In this document: positions 9,836 to 19,753 of the stretch, one piece after another
Numbering within the stretch: the first letter of the stretch is position 1
How the letters are laid out: each line of letters starts with the position of its first letter
IMG/VR virus record: IMGVR_UViG_3300005253_000051
Span: 17,506 to 81,505 of that record
Direction: 5' to 3' (one strand)
DNA: 64,000 bases
From: a virus
Made by a program: the position numbers and the translations under genes
The notes under the pieces: generated by a model
Told to the model about the DNA's origin: nothing
Database searches by the model: none
What the model saw: the letters and a program-made list of their open reading frames with translations, nothing else

Positions 9836-11367
9836 GGCGCCTCTGGATCTTTGTGTTTTTTCGCAAACCTAGGCGTGCTTTTTCGAGTGGTTGGGTTACG
9901 GACGTTTCCGATCGCATACATATTCATCATGTTTTGCGTGCTTACGCGGTCACGATCTTCTACGACACCACAGCCCCCACACGTCACCACGCGCTCGGGC
10001 CCGTAGCTGTTGACGAAGCTGCAAGCCGGGCAATGGTTGGTCGTATCGACCGCACAGACGACGGAAACACCCGTGATGCGGCCAAACACGCGCGTGATCT
10101 CTTCAATCACCTCGCCGGGCGCGGCATGATGACCCTGGCGTCGAGCCGGCTTCGGAAGGCTCGTTTTGTTTTCCTTCATCTTCTTGTGGCAGGAATCCTT
10201 GATGACCGCATGCGCGTAGCGTCGGCGTAGATCACGCAGCCAGACGCGCACGTCGTTGCGCCGCCGGGTGACCGACCGGTTACGACACCCTGCTTCGTAC
10301 TGCCACAAGTGCCGCTCCTTCTTGATCCACTTGGTGTGCTCTCCTGGTTTTGCGACACGTCGAACGCTCAGTGTCGATTTCAGTCGTGCGAAAAGTTTTT
10401 TGTTCGAGAATCCGCAAACGGCCAAAATGACGCTCCAAAAACGCTCTTGTTTTTGTAACTCCACAAGGTTCTGATCACGCGCTGATCGTATCCGATCAGC
10501 TTGATCAGCATGCTTCATCCATTTAGGAGGGAGCACCAACTCGTACTCGGCACCGTCGTCACCACGCGCGTAAGCGATGCGCATGCCGTCGTCGGTCTTA
10601 CGCCAACCGACATCGATAGCGACAGCGCCTCGCTCGGCGTTGTCTTTGCGCTCGGGGATATCGCGGCGCGTGAACTGCACAGACCAGATGACACGATCTG
10701 CGACGTACTTGCGGGCGATCTTGACCCACGTGGCCGTACCTTGAAGGGGACGATGCATCTCGAAAGGTAGTGGCTCGGCCCACACAGGCGCTTGGCCTTT
10801 GGATCCCACACGAAGACGGAGCGTGTAGCGCTGTTGCTTTTTCTTACGAGGATCCGGCGCCGACTTGATCAAGAACATCCGGTCTGGATCCTTGTCGCGC
10901 TGGATTTGGACCGCACACATATCACCCTGGCGCCAGCTGCGGAATTTCACCAGCGAGAAAGATTCAGTCTCTTTCCAAGCCGCCGAAAAGTCTTGTTCGA
11001 TCACAAGATAGGTGCCCCAGTATAGGCCACCTTCGGCCGCTTTCTTGCGGAACGGCTTCACGTCAAGAGGAGGCTCAGAACGGTACTGCTTGCGCAGTGC
11101 CTTGTAATGAGCGCGGCAAACCGGACAGAATTTCTTGCACTCGTGCTTTCGTGGTTTGCGTTTCTTGCTTTCCGCTTTATCACAGGTCGAACAAGATTTT
11201 TTGCACACGTGTGTTGCCGGTGAAGGGGGACGATCCCCGCCCCACATAGTCGTGCGCCTCTCGTTCTCCGCTTCGACGAGACTGTTGTAGTAGACACGGC
11301 CCAGGTTCATTTGGGCACACAAGGTGTCCCCACCGGGGAGTGCTCCGTACTTGTAGACTTTGGTCAT
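9832..11367 (-). CDS. cas12: Compact type V CRISPR effector, Cas12m (V-U1/V-M)-like and TnpB-derived, probably nuclease-inactive
   Basis: N-terminal VYKYG; RuvC-I AIDVGWRKTDDGMRIA; RuvC-II AVIKDS lacking Glu; Zn finger CPAC..CGGC; RuvC-III DRDRVSTQN; directly abuts the CRISPR array. Confidence 0.85.
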   Translation of the reverse strand: MTKVYKYGALPGGDTLCAQMNLGRVYYNSLVEAENERRTTMWGGDRPPSPATHVCKKSCSTCDKAESKKRKPRKHECKKFCPVCRAHYKALRKQYRSEPPLDVKPFRKKAAEGGLYWGTYLVIEQDFSAAWKETESFSLVKFRSWRQGDMCAVQIQRDKDPDRMFLIKSAPDPRKKKQQRYTLRLRVGSKGQAPVWAEPLPFEMHRPLQGTATWVKIARKYVADRVIWSVQFTRRDIPERKDNAERGAVAIDVGWRKTDDGMRIAYARGDDGAEYELVLPPKWMKHADQADRIRSARDQNLVELQKQERFWSVILAVCGFSNKKLFARLKSTLSVRRVAKPGEHTKWIKKERHLWQYEAGCRNRSVTRRRNDVRVWLRDLRRRYAHAVIKDSCHKKMKENKTSLPKPARRQGHHAAPGEVIEEITRVFGRITGVSVVCAVDTTNHCPACSFVNSYGPERVVTCGGCGVVEDRDRVSTQNMMNMYAIGNVRNPTTRKSTPRFAKKHKDPEAP

Positions 11368-11401
11368 GGTTTCTAAGACGTCTAGGCCGTCGAATTATTC
11401 A
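11368..11401 (-). promoter_or_regulatory. Recurrent promoter-like motif upstream of cas12
   Basis: TGAAT-N16-CGTCT-N8-ATG; the same arrangement occurs upstream of the starts at 15457, 15975, 17623, 29916 and 20842. Confidence 0.65.
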
Positions 11402-11613
11402 TCTGAACTGATCTCCTTCCATCGAACAACGACTTCCTCGTCGCCGTCAATTTCCAGGTCCATACCCGACCAATCCCCGCCTCCGGGTACACGCACAAAG
11501 ATCTCCACGCTAGCCGGTAGATCGGTAGCGTAGTGGTCCTTGATGAATTTGATCAGGTCGGCGCGGCCGATTCGAACCGTGTACGTTGATTCTGTTGTCT
11601 TTGTTTTTTCCAT
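11395..11613 (-). CDS. Hypothetical phage protein
   Basis: Co-oriented ORF containing VPGGGDWSGMDL. Confidence 0.6.
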   Translation of the reverse strand: MEKTKTTESTYTVRIGRADLIKFIKDHYATDLPASVEIFVRVPGGGDWSGMDLEIDGDEEVVVRWKEISSDE

Positions 11614-12121
11614 GGGCTTACTCGATCAACCATCCTGCTCGCGCCGGGCACCCATCGCCAACGATGATTTCCCAGCCGTATGTAGGCTCGGGCCGCACCT
11701 CGATAACCTCGGTGCGGTAGTAGCGTTCGCCGGAAAAAAGCAGCCCTCGCACATTCGTGGGCTCTTCTTTGACCACTAGCGCCGTTTGGCCGTCGGCGGG
11801 TGAGTAGGTGGACACGATCATCATTTCGTACGTCCCCAGCGGAAAATGGTTTTCATTTTCGTTGTCTCCTCCAGTAGCGCGTGGCGTGATTGCCGATGCG
11901 CTCCCAGCATTCTTGTGATGGCCCGCGGATGTCTTTGCCGTCGGGTTTCGTCGATGCGATCGCGATCAAGACATCGAGCAACACGCACTCTTCGAGCATG
12001 GTCACCGGCTCGACCCCGAGGCTTCCACAGCGCTGTGACACGTGCTTGATCTGGTTCTCAGGTCCTTGTCGCAGCACGACCGCGAGCGCGACGCCGACAG
12101 CCTTTTCAAGCTCGTGATCGA

Positions 12122-12343
12122 TCACCTTTCGACTCTGTGACGAATATACGCAACCGCATCGAAAGCGATCGTGTATAAGAACTGCACGGGCGAAGTCGTG
12201 AACACGACTTTAATGGTCACCATGTCGGGATACACCTCGATTACTTCTCCTGTAATGACGGGTCCACCAACTAACCCGACGTCGAGTTGCTGTCCGATCT
12301 TGGTTGCGAATACGCGCCTAAACACGATTTTCTTGTTGCTCAC
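12122..12343 (-). CDS. Possible Sm/Hfq-like fold protein
   Basis: LDVGLVGGPVITGEVIEVYPDMVTI...TIAFDAVAYI follows the Sm1/Sm2 pattern. Confidence 0.45.
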   Translation of the reverse strand: MSNKKIVFRRVFATKIGQQLDVGLVGGPVITGEVIEVYPDMVTIKVVFTTSPVQFLYTIAFDAVAYIRHRVER

Positions 12344-13101
12344 TCGTCTACCTCCGTGAACTCGAAATCTAACTCAAACACGATGGACCCGAAGTCCTCA
12401 GTGAAGTCCTCTTTCGCTTTCTGGATCTGTCGTGGCCCGAGGCTGGCGCCCTCGCCTTCGGCGCTCCAGCCCGTGTCGGTCACGGCGACCGTTCGAAACT
12501 CGCCGTTTTCGTCCTTGGGCCACAGCGCCGCGAACATCAGTTCGCCGTTGGCGTCGCGCGGCCAGCTCTTCGGGAACACCGGCTTGGCATAGAGGCGTTT
12601 CTTCTTCGTTGGTTTGGCTTTTCCGCCCACGGCTCGTCTCCTTCAGGATGCGGCGCATGCGTGGCAAGATGGCCTCGACGCCGTTCTCGATCTCTTCTGC
12701 GGTCCATTTGACGGGTAGATCGTTGATGACGTCCTGTGCGATTTTCCGCGCGGTGCGCGGCGGCCGTGCTTTCATTCCCATGATCAGCTCCCTAGTAATT
12801 TGGGCATCGAGCCCGAGTTGATGGCATATCGGGTCACGTCACTTCCCTCCACGCCAAAATGCGGTGTTTGCCGTGTGGAGTAAATCGGTGCCGACAATGA
12901 ACGACGATTCCCCGGCATTGAGCGCTACGAATTTGATTCTCGACTTTTTTCAAGCGCTTGCGCAGCTTGCGCACGATTTTGGAATCGATGATGCGGTTCC
13001 AGCCCTTGCTTTCGTCGGCGAGCATCGCGGGCGTGATGAATAGCCACTCTCGAACAGTAATTTTTCGACCATCAGGCATCGTAATGCTCATTTTCTAGCT
13101 C

Positions 13102-13686
13102 CTAAGCTGCGTTTTCTACCAGGTAAGCGGCCATCTTGTAATCCCCCACGGCCGCGGCGGCGAGCGCCGCCTTGCGCACCATGTTCCCGAGGCGCCGGTC
13201 CAGGGTGCGCTCCATGTCCTTGACCACCCAGCGGCCGACGATGACGTCGCGCTCGGAGTTGTCGAGACCAATGTTCTCCCAATACGCGTGTACCTTGTCG
13301 AAATTCACATAGCGCTGGAGGTTATAGGGAATCACAATGCGTGCTGAATGCACCGCCATCGTAGGAACAACATTCGCAGCGGAACGAAATGCGTGGCGCA
13401 TACGCGGATGAACATGTTCAATGTCATCTAAATTATTGATCGCTAGGCTCATTTCCAGCGGATCGATCCACTGCTTGGACTCCCACAACTCTACGAATCG
13501 GATCACGCTCACGATCTTGCTCTTGTGCTTTCCTCGATACTGCGGCAATGCTGCGCGAACGAGCGCCGCCGCGCAGCCCGCCATCGACCGCGGACACTTC
13601 CAGTCGTAGTTAATAGTCATCTTCTTCTTCAGGGCAAAGTTGATCCCCCACCCGTACACCATCATTTTCCATTTGACCTGGCTCAC
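13102..13686 (-). CDS. Divergent member of the Imm5-like family
   Basis: MAGCAAALVRAALPQYRG...VIRFVELW and RWVVKD...RKAALAAAAVGDYKMA. Confidence 0.65.
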   Translation of the reverse strand: MSQVKWKMMVYGWGINFALKKKMTINYDWKCPRSMAGCAAALVRAALPQYRGKHKSKIVSVIRFVELWESKQWIDPLEMSLAINNLDDIEHVHPRMRHAFRSAANVVPTMAVHSARIVIPYNLQRYVNFDKVHAYWENIGLDNSERDVIVGRWVVKDMERTLDRRLGNMVRKAALAAAAVGDYKMAAYLVENAA

Positions 13687-14719
13687 AATCGCCTCAGCTT
13701 GAGCAAGCCGGCGCCCGACTTGGTGATGAATCCGTGGCCGGGGTTGTGCAAGACGATCTCTCCGTCGCTGTCGATCCGGTACACGATCCAGTCGCCGTGA
13801 TGCTCAGACCGGTACTTGTCCCCGAGGCGTGGGCGTCGGGTGAGCACTTGTGCTAGCCAACTATCCACGAGCGCGATCCAGGTAATCGGTGTAGCGCTGA
13901 AACGCCCGCCAGACCGCATCGCGGTATTTGGTATCGCAGGCATTGCCGACGATTCGTCCGGCGTTGCGCGCGGCGCTCACGCTGTCGTACTCCTGGGAGT
14001 ACACGGTCGCCCACCAAAGATCTTGCTCTCGGTTGTAGTACATCGACAGGCGAAGTTTCTTTTCGGCGATCTCTACCATCAATCGTGGGTCCATTTACTC
14101 GTTCCTCTGAGCATAAAAGCTCAGTAGTTCATCCTTCACCAATTGGTAGCGAAGCTCATCCACTCCTCTCATAATAAACTTGATAAAATCGAGAAGACCC
14201 CGCAGATCTTGCTTACCATTCGCATTTATATAGGTCTGAAAAGCACTATTAGGATTCCAGTGCTTCAAGAACAAATCAGCAATCATCGCTTCTCGGGTCG
14301 GTACGTCTCCGGGTATGAACTGCTGAATCTGCCGCAGATGTTCTATTTCATACATTTCCCGCTCCTGTGATGAGGCACTCACGCGAGCAAAACAACTCGC
14401 TCTCGGTGAGACGCCAGCCAGCGGCAAACGCGACGCTCACGGTCTTGTAGACGCCAGAGATGCGGCATGTATCGCACCGCAGTTCTGCAACATGCTCAGA
14501 AAGCCGCAGCCGCGTGATTGTGGTGAAAAGCCTGCGCGGTTCGCTCTTCATGAGCCCGCTGTCTGGCCACCTGCGCATGGTGTTCATGACGCGCGGCGAG
14601 GTTGTCGTATTCACAGGCGTCGCAAAACTCCTGCTCAGTTGGTTCACCACACCGCGCGCAAGGCTGGAATTTGTGCATGACCTTCCCCCTGTCGCTGTGA
14701 GTGTACCGCTCATCATCCC

Positions 14720-15457
14720 TTAGGCGGCGATGCAATCGAGCGTGTCGGCCATCAGCTCCAGGCCGCTAAACATGCCGATCGCCGCGTCGATGGCTTCGAG
14801 GTCAAGATCGGGCTCGCGCTCGGCTTTCTTGGCCGCTTTCAACTCGGCTCGCGCGGCTTTGGCGCAGTCGATCGCGGTTGTGATCGAAAACTTCTGCATG
14901 CCCGCGGCGAGTTTGCCCAGGTTTTTGACCTTGCTCTGATAGAAGCTACCCCACTGCGCCGAAGTGCAGCCTTCTTCAAGCCTGGTTTTCATGTCGCTCA
15001 GCGTCTCGCGGATCGTGCGCGCGATTTCCTGCGCGGCGGCTTCGTTGTCGATTTCCAATTTGACCGGCACGAAGCCGATTCGAACGCGTCGCGCGCACCA
15101 GCTCTGTGCCGCGCGCTGGTTGAATAGATCCGCGACAGCTTGAAGCTCGCGGAAGTCTTCCCGCAGATGAATCAGCTGATTTTCCTCGCAAATCCAGCCG
15201 ATCGCGGTGTAGGCGCAGCGTCTGCGCAAGATGCCCGCGGCCTTGCTCCTGAGCGCGTCGGCTTTCTGGCACAATTCCTTGTGATCGGTGCGCTTGTTGG
15301 TCTTCCACTCGCGCTCTTCGCCGTCGCCGTCGTTGATCTCGTGCTCGGATAGTGTCTCGCGGGTGTAGGTCACCCCGCCGCTGGCGGCGCTGATGTCCAT
15401 GATCACGTAGCTCGGCTGCACTTTGAAGGTCTCGGTCTCGGTGGTTTGGTTGGTCAT
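14720..15457 (-). CDS. Conserved helical phage protein (possibly DUF3150-like)
   Basis: 245-aa ORF with strong codon bias and its own promoter motif, near the MoxR/vWA genes. Confidence 0.55.
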   Translation of the reverse strand: MTNQTTETETFKVQPSYVIMDISAASGGVTYTRETLSEHEINDGDGEEREWKTNKRTDHKELCQKADALRSKAAGILRRRCAYTAIGWICEENQLIHLREDFRELQAVADLFNQRAAQSWCARRVRIGFVPVKLEIDNEAAAQEIARTIRETLSDMKTRLEEGCTSAQWGSFYQSKVKNLGKLAAGMQKFSITTAIDCAKAARAELKAAKKAEREPDLDLEAIDAAIGMFSGLELMADTLDCIAA

Positions 15458-15714
15458 GTTCTTGAGACTGATCAGGGCTGCAATCTATTCAACCGGTGGA
15501 AGACGAATTCTTGAACACAAGTCTCTGATAGCCTCGTTGATCTCCATGAATATTTCTGTAATGTCTTGATGATATGCTGCTAGATCAGCCGGCCTTATTT
15601 CAGACCACGTAATCCCACCTAAAATACTAATCGCCATTCCTGCCAATTTGGTGTGAGCCTTCTCGGCTTCAACAGCGCTCATCTTCGTTGACATTTTTTA
15701 GCTCCATACGTTTT

Positions 15715-15780
15715 GTCTTGAACTACCAAGCGTGCAAAGGCGATCTGAATCTCGCTGAAATCTACGCCGGCGCGAGCCAT
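15715..15780 (-). pseudogene. Fragment of an Imm5-like paralog C-terminal block
   Basis: Translates MARAGVDFSEIQIAFARLVVQD, compared with AGVDSSEIQIAFARWVVRD in full copies. Confidence 0.75.
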
Positions 15781-16351
15781 GACTCACCCGTCCGCTGCAA
15801 TTGAGCGGGCCCAGTACTGAGCCGCTCTGTCGGTCGCTGCTTGTGCGACGTCGTAAAGTCCCCGGGTACGAGCGTCGCGAGCAAGCGTCTCCCACTGTCG
15901 CGCGTTGACTCCTAGCGCCATACGCAGGGTGCTCCGGGTCGGACCGTACGTGCAAGTTGAAAACTTGTTGGTCATGCTGGGTAGACGATCCCAGTCCTGA
16001 TCTATTCATCGGATTCGACCGTGCCCACGTCGTGATCCCTTCTTTGGGTGGCATGTTCCGCCGTCCCATTCGCATTTACCACCAAGTACGCGAATCCAGT
16101 TGCCGCACTTAGCGCAGATTTCTGCGCGAGGGTTAGGTGGATAATCGATCATCGCTTCCACGTCTTAATTGGACCACTGCCTGTCATGCCTAGTCGTACC
16201 TCCCACAACATGGGTAACTCGATCTTCTCGAACCATCCGGGGACCGCTTTCTCGGCGGCTTCCTGCGTCCCGTACGCGGCTATAAAGTAGTTCCCTGTGC
16301 CGAAAATGCCGCCAACGCCGCGTCCGTACAGTTTGAATCGCTTTCGAGCCA

Positions 16352-17623
16352 TCAACAGCTCCCAATCTCGATGACCCGGGCGCCCTCCGGCACGCTAGCC
16401 CCGTCATAGCCCACGAGCGCCACGACTTTTTGACGAGCACTCGATGGCCACGGAGGCCACACCAAGCCGCCGTCGGTGAGGTGAATCATCACGTCGAAGC
16501 GACCCGCGGCGGCGACCTTCCGGTAAGCGTCTTCGGCGCACGTGCCGCCGCGCCCTCTGAGCGTCTTTTTGATCTCAGCGGGATGGCACTTCGGTGAAAG
16601 CCAGCCCTCCCACTGAACGCCATGATCGTGGGTCACGAGGTAGACCGAGACCCCCGAAGCCTGCGAGATCTTCATCGTCTCAGCGACGAACTGGGACAAC
16701 TCTTCATCCGAAACCGAGCCCGAAGTGTCGATCACGACTGCGGCGCGCGCCGCTGTCGCGTGCCAGCCCGGAAACTGCGCCCCGCGTGCTCGTGAGCGAC
16801 GCCCGCGGCGCGTCCAGGTCTGCGAGTCCCGACCGTGGACCGCGAGCGCAGAAGCCATCCCACGACGCACCACAGCGGCCCAGTTGACGCGAGCTGGCGG
16901 AATGTCGCATATGGTCGCCAGCGCCGCACCCGCGGCGTCGCCGGCTTTGCGCGCCATGGCCTGGGCCTGCGCCGCGATCTTGGACCACTCTTGATCGAGT
17001 TGCGTTTCGCTTTTGGGCTCTTCGCCGTCCTCAGAACCCTCGGGGGGCATGACACCACAGCCGGCGCCGGGGGTAAGGCCGTCGCCGCTCATGGATACCG
17101 AAGGCTTGTCCTGTAAATTCTGAACGATCTGATCGTATATCCGCTCAGCGTGCCAAGTTTCCCACCCGGACTCAGGAAAAATTGCGCCTTTGGAATAACT
17201 CTTGAGCCCCGAGGTCACCAGTGCGTGGTTGATCGCCATGTCCCCGGCGATGTTCCAGACCGAGATCGGCTTTGCGTCAGGATTTGGTTTTCCATCTGGA
17301 AGAGTAGGAGGATACGGTTTCCCATCGGGACCGACGGGGATAACCATCACGGTCCGATTGCCTTGCCGCGCCGCGTGGCGCATTAAAAGATGCATCAGCT
17401 CGTGCGCAATCACCCACTTGAACTGGGCATCGCTGAGTTTTTTGCAAAATGGCGTGTGCAAATAGATGATCCCGTCGGCGGTGACGCCCATGGTATTGAC
17501 CTTGAAACCCACCGCGTCCTCACGAAATCGGACCTTAGCTGCGGGAATCGCGAAAAACGGGGAGTACCAACCCAGGGCGATCGATAGGCGCTTGGCTTTT
17601 TCGACGATTTTGCTCATGGTCAT
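16352..17623 (-). CDS. Metallopeptidase-like plus vWA domain protein (DUF2201-like)
   Basis: HELMH zincin motif, WNIAGDMAIN, MIDAS DTSGS, RGGT and TDG. Confidence 0.9.
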   Translation of the reverse strand: MTMSKIVEKAKRLSIALGWYSPFFAIPAAKVRFREDAVGFKVNTMGVTADGIIYLHTPFCKKLSDAQFKWVIAHELMHLLMRHAARQGNRTVMVIPVGPDGKPYPPTLPDGKPNPDAKPISVWNIAGDMAINHALVTSGLKSYSKGAIFPESGWETWHAERIYDQIVQNLQDKPSVSMSGDGLTPGAGCGVMPPEGSEDGEEPKSETQLDQEWSKIAAQAQAMARKAGDAAGAALATICDIPPARVNWAAVVRRGMASALAVHGRDSQTWTRRGRRSRARGAQFPGWHATAARAAVVIDTSGSVSDEELSQFVAETMKISQASGVSVYLVTHDHGVQWEGWLSPKCHPAEIKKTLRGRGGTCAEDAYRKVAAAGRFDVMIHLTDGGLVWPPWPSSARQKVVALVGYDGASVPEGARVIEIGSC

Positions 17624-17674
17624 GCCCTTGAGACTGATCGAGGCTGCGATCTATTCATCGTGTTAACCTGAAGC

Positions 17675-17893
17675 ATGGCGCAGAAGAAAATTGTAGTAGA
17701 TGGTATGCGGCTATGGTTCAACAAGGACACCTGCACAGTAAACCCTGTCAAACCTACTCAGGGTAAATGGGCGTTGCTATTCAAAAAAGCGGCGGCGCGC
17801 GGTGGAAAATTTGAGTTGAAATTTGCTGGACTAGAAACAATGGGACACGCAGATGTTGTACTTCGATCTACCGAGTGCAAACGACTTCGATGA
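17675..17893 (+). CDS. Hypothetical protein, lone plus-strand insert
   Basis: AT-richer 72-aa ORF filling the gap between minus-strand genes. Confidence 0.5.
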   Translation: MAQKKIVVDGMRLWFNKDTCTVNPVKPTQGKWALLFKKAAARGGKFELKFAGLETMGHADVVLRSTECKRLR

Positions 17894-18416
17894 GCTGGCG
17901 AGCCAGATCTTCATCGCCGGCCACGATTGCCGCGCCTGCGGCCTGGCGCAGCTCTTCGTCTAGATCTCGGCCACAACTGAGATCTCGAACTACCCAGCGA
18001 GCAAAAGCGATCTGAATCTCGCTGGAATCGACACCGGCGTCATCGGCGCCGCGGGCGGCATCGGCGGCGTCGGCAGAAGCATCAGCGGCAGCATCAGAAT
18101 CGTAGTTGACGACGTTGGCGGCACCGTAAGCAGCGTAGGCGGCGACGGAAGCAACGGCGGCAGCGGCGATAGTGGCCCAGGCGGAATGAGGGGTCGGGTA
18201 GGGGCCGGCAGGGGCAGCAGAAACAGCGGCTCCAGCTACACGATGAGCATCGGTATCATCTATTTGCTCACCGTTCGCATAACATTCTGCAATCTCGATC
18301 GCAGCTACGAGATTAGATCGTTGATCGCCGTCGTAAAACGGCAGCGCTAGACGCGCACACGCGGCGGCGAACCCAACCGCATTGCACCGGTTGTTCCAAT
18401 CTCGTTCGTAGTTCAT
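17868..18416 (-). CDS. Ala-rich Imm5-like paralog, copy 6
   Basis: MNYERDW..NAVGFAAACARLALPFY and the conserved C-terminus. Confidence 0.8.
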   Translation of the reverse strand: MNYERDWNNRCNAVGFAAACARLALPFYDGDQRSNLVAAIEIAECYANGEQIDDTDAHRVAGAAVSAAPAGPYPTPHSAWATIAAAAVASVAAYAAYGAANVVNYDSDAAADASADAADAARGADDAGVDSSEIQIAFARWVVRDLSCGRDLDEELRQAAGAAIVAGDEDLARQLIEVVCTR

Positions 18417-18612
18417 GCAATCTATTCAGCCGTTAATGCACGAACCGGACACCCGTTCTCGTGGTAGCCACTGTGAAGCGTGCAACCACACCATTGACAT
18501 CGCGGTCGCCCAAACGCTCTAATCTGTTCTTCACTAAATTCCCTCTGCCATTCATAAAGATGTTCCGACGAACAAAAAAACTGGGGCGGCGTACATTCAC
18601 GACAGTACGAAC

Positions 18613-19179
18613 TCATGTTATTCCTTTGACGAGCTGGCGAGCTAGATCTTCATCACCAGCCACGATTGCTGCGCCCGCGGCTTGACGCAGCTCTTCGTCA
18701 AGATCTTGATCATCGCCGCTGAGATCTCGGACGACCCAGCGCGCGCAGGCCACTTGAATCTCGCTGTTGCAGACGCCAGCACGACCAGCGTGATTGGCAG
18801 CAGCGGCGGCGTAGTGGACGATGCGAGCGGCAGGGGCATAGCGAGCGATGCGAGCGGCAGCGACGTCGGCGGAGACGGCGTAGTAAGCGGGGGTAGCGTA
18901 GACGGCGATGGCGGCGTCTGCGGCGGCGGCGGCACAAGCGGCAACAGCAACGTCGGCGTCGGTGTCGGCATCGTAAACAACATCCTGTGCAGCGTTGGCG
19001 GCTTTGAGCGAGGCGGCGGCAACGCTAAGGGCACCGTTCACACAGCATTCTGCAATCTCGATCGCAACTACGAGATCTGATCGTCGATCACCGCTGTAAA
19101 ACGGCAGCGCCAACCGCGCGCATTCCGCAGCAAATCCAACCGCGTTGTGGGGGTTGCCCCATTCCCGTTCGTAGTTCAT
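18613..19179 (-). CDS. Ala-rich Imm5-like paralog, copy 7
   Basis: MNYEREW..NAVGFAAECARLALPFY and the conserved C-terminus. Confidence 0.8.
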   Translation of the reverse strand: MNYEREWGNPHNAVGFAAECARLALPFYSGDRRSDLVVAIEIAECCVNGALSVAAASLKAANAAQDVVYDADTDADVAVAACAAAAADAAIAVYATPAYYAVSADVAAARIARYAPAARIVHYAAAAANHAGRAGVCNSEIQVACARWVVRDLSGDDQDLDEELRQAAGAAIVAGDEDLARQLVKGIT

Positions 19180-19753
19180 TTACGCCTTGGACGAGCTGGT
19201 GAGCCACTGGCGTAAATCTTCATCAAGATGATCTTCGATGGAGCTGTCCGAAGAGAAGTAAGGGACCTCCTTACCGGACGCGATCGCTATGCCAGCTCGG
19301 ATCGCGCCAGCGATCGCGACCCGTACGCTGTCGTTGAATACTCGAAAATCCCTTCGATCCTGGAAAGGAATGGGGATCTCCCATCGACATTTTGTGTCGT
19401 TGTAGTAGATCTCCAACTTCATGATTTTGCTCATTGGTGTTTTCCTTCAAAAATCAGCTCATTTATCTTGGATTCAGCTTCCTCTCGCGAAAGAAATATC
19501 TCTAGGCGGCCGATGGAGATGCCGTACTCGTTCAGTCGAACGACTTGATATTCAGTTCCACCAAACAACCTATGAGTGACGACCATGAAAATAACCTGTC
19601 GGCCTAACGAGTCGGCGCGCCTCGCTCGGACTCTGAATTCTTGATCAGACTCATCAAACCACCATCGCCTTCGCTTTCGTCGCAGACCGAAGAGGACTAA
19701 CACAAGGTTGTCAAGCCCAGGACCATAGAATAGATCAATCGCGTCGGTCTCCT

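Noticed and set aside
8342-9872. Many overlapping ORFs with repeated peptides (RILKGDALPLL, VAMAAHRLSRCD)
   Set aside because: These are translation artefacts of the CRISPR repeats
9832-11367. IS200/IS605 transposon TnpB
   Set aside because: No TnpA or IS ends were seen, the gene is joined to a CRISPR array, and it has a viral promoter motif
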